This document shows, piece after piece, positions 34,083-35,025 of a stretch of DNA of 35,025 nucleotides (the stretch's first letter is position 1; each line of letters opens with the position of its first letter). The translations under genes were made by a program, and so were the position numbers. The stretch is from an uncultured Chloroflexota bacterium (lineage in GTDB: Bacteria; Chloroflexota; Dehalococcoidia; SM23-28-2; RBG-16-64-32). The notes below the pieces were generated by a model, which saw only the letters and a program-made list of their open reading frames with translations, was not told where the DNA came from and did not search any database. The DNA lies in NCBI GenBank assembly GCA_913056415.1, contig CAJXNA010000001.1, positions 1-35,025 on the forward strand. Reading direction: 5' to 3'.

Positions 34083-35025
34083 ATGGAGACAGAAGCGGCA
34101 GGGGCTCCCGCTGGCAGGTCACGGTTGGGCGTCACGGTCAAGCCCATCACCGCCATACTGGCGGCAGGCCTAGTGATCCGGCTGTTGGTAGCCGCTGTTC
34201 CCGGTGTCGGGGCCGGACCTCGACACCTTCCGGGGCTGGAGCTTACAGCTGGCTGACGATGGCCCCTGGAACTTCTATAGCAGTGACTTTTTCGCCGACT
34301 ACTCGCCGGGCTACCTTTACATCCTGTGGCTTTTCGGACTGCTTAATAATGTCTTCTCTTTTAGCAGCGACCAGTTCCACTACCTTCTCAAGCTACCGGC
34401 CATCGTCGCCGACCTGGCCTCGGCCTACCTGCTGTATCGGATGCTCGTGGGCCGGAAGCCCGTCGTCCAGCTGGGTACGCCCATCCTGTATCTGCTGCTT
34501 CCCACTGTCCTCTTCATCGGGTCGGTGTGGGGCCAGGTGGACAGCATCCTCGCCTTCTTCCTTCTCCTGGCTGTCTACTACCTGGCCCAAGGCCGTCCCG
34601 TTTGGGCCTCGGTGGCCTACGTGGTAGGCTTCCTCATCAAGCCCCAGGCGATAGCGGCGTTGCCCCTGTTGGCCTTCTGGCTCCTCAGGAACAATCCCGC
34701 GCGCGTTTGGGTCAAGGCTCTCTCAGCGTCTATTGCAGCCGGCTTATTCATCATCCTACCCTTCTTCCCGCGAAATCCTCTGAGAATATTCGAGCAGCTA
34801 AGCAACGCGGCAGAGCTCTATCCCGTCAATTCATCCTTCGCCTACAATTTCTGGGGTATGTTTGGGCTGTTCAAGCCGGACGACGCAACTTTCTGGGGCA
34901 TAGAATGGCGCCAATGGGGCATCGGGCTGTTCGCGGCCGCCATCCTGGCTATCATCTTCGTTTTCCGTGACGCTAAGAACCCGGGCCTGGTGGCCTTGGC
35001 GACAGCCCTCTCCATTCTAGCCTTC
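34083..35025 (+). pseudogene. paralog of the 27895..29259 GT-C-like protein, frameshifted near codon 43-45 and truncated by the window end
   Basis: Frame 0 from ATG 34083 gives METEAAGAPAGRSRLGVTVKPITAILAAGLVIRLLVAAVPGVG... and stops at 34254-56. The +1 frame is open from 34192 to the window end and is absent from the track because it runs off the edge. It gives DLDTFRGWSLQLADDGPWNFYSSDFFADYSPGYLYILW...VWGQVDSILAFF...YPVNSSFAYNFW. If GTG 34204 were the start, TM1 would be lost. Confidence 0.65.

Noticed and set aside
34259-34627. 122-aa plus-strand ORF from the track (MAPGTSIAVTFSPTTRR...)
   Set aside because: It is in the wrong frame. A different frame across the same DNA encodes a sequence that aligns convincingly with the 27895..29259 paralog.

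Overview
This is a high-GC bacterial chromosomal segment. The fused SecDF, a GT39 mannosyltransferase and GtrA/GT-C genes fit a Chloroflexota- or Actinomycetota-like monoderm, but I cannot determine taxonomy from sequence alone. About 27 kb is tightly packed housekeeping DNA. (1) A minus-strand dcw (division/cell wall) operon runs mraZ-rsmH-ftsL-PBP(ftsI)-murF-mraY-murD-ftsW-murG-murC-murB-ddl, with ddl running off the window start. Most junctions abut or overlap by 1-4 nt. murE is absent, and a promoter plus a triple GTGGGG MraZ-type operator lie upstream. (2) A plus-strand block runs MogA/MoaB-trmD-rplS, then a terminator, then priA-def-cca-yajC-secDF and a small conserved hypothetical. (3) This is followed by minus-strand selB, a plus-strand HDAC-family deacetylase and minus-strand hemW. 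The last ~8 kb (27.3-35.0 kb) is visibly less GC-rich. It is an envelope-glycosylation island: two GtrA-family paralogs, a GT39 PMT-type mannosyltransferase, a 634-aa uncharacterised polytopic protein, and two paralogous GT-C-like proteins. The second GT-C-like paralog is frameshifted in a G4 run and runs off the window end. I found no tRNA, rRNA, CRISPR array, transposase or recognisable defence system. The observations most worth follow-up are the GtrA/GT-C island and a rearrangement at the selB start, where ~61-66 nt direct repeats carrying the ATG and P-loop codons flank a 114-nt hairpin-dense insert. Smaller ones are a probable non-canonical (CTG) start for def, a ~100-aa poly-acidic tail on ribosomal protein L19, and the MraZ operator. 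The many long antisense ORFs in the six-frame track are high-GC artefacts. All family assignments come from motif recognition by eye; no searches were run.
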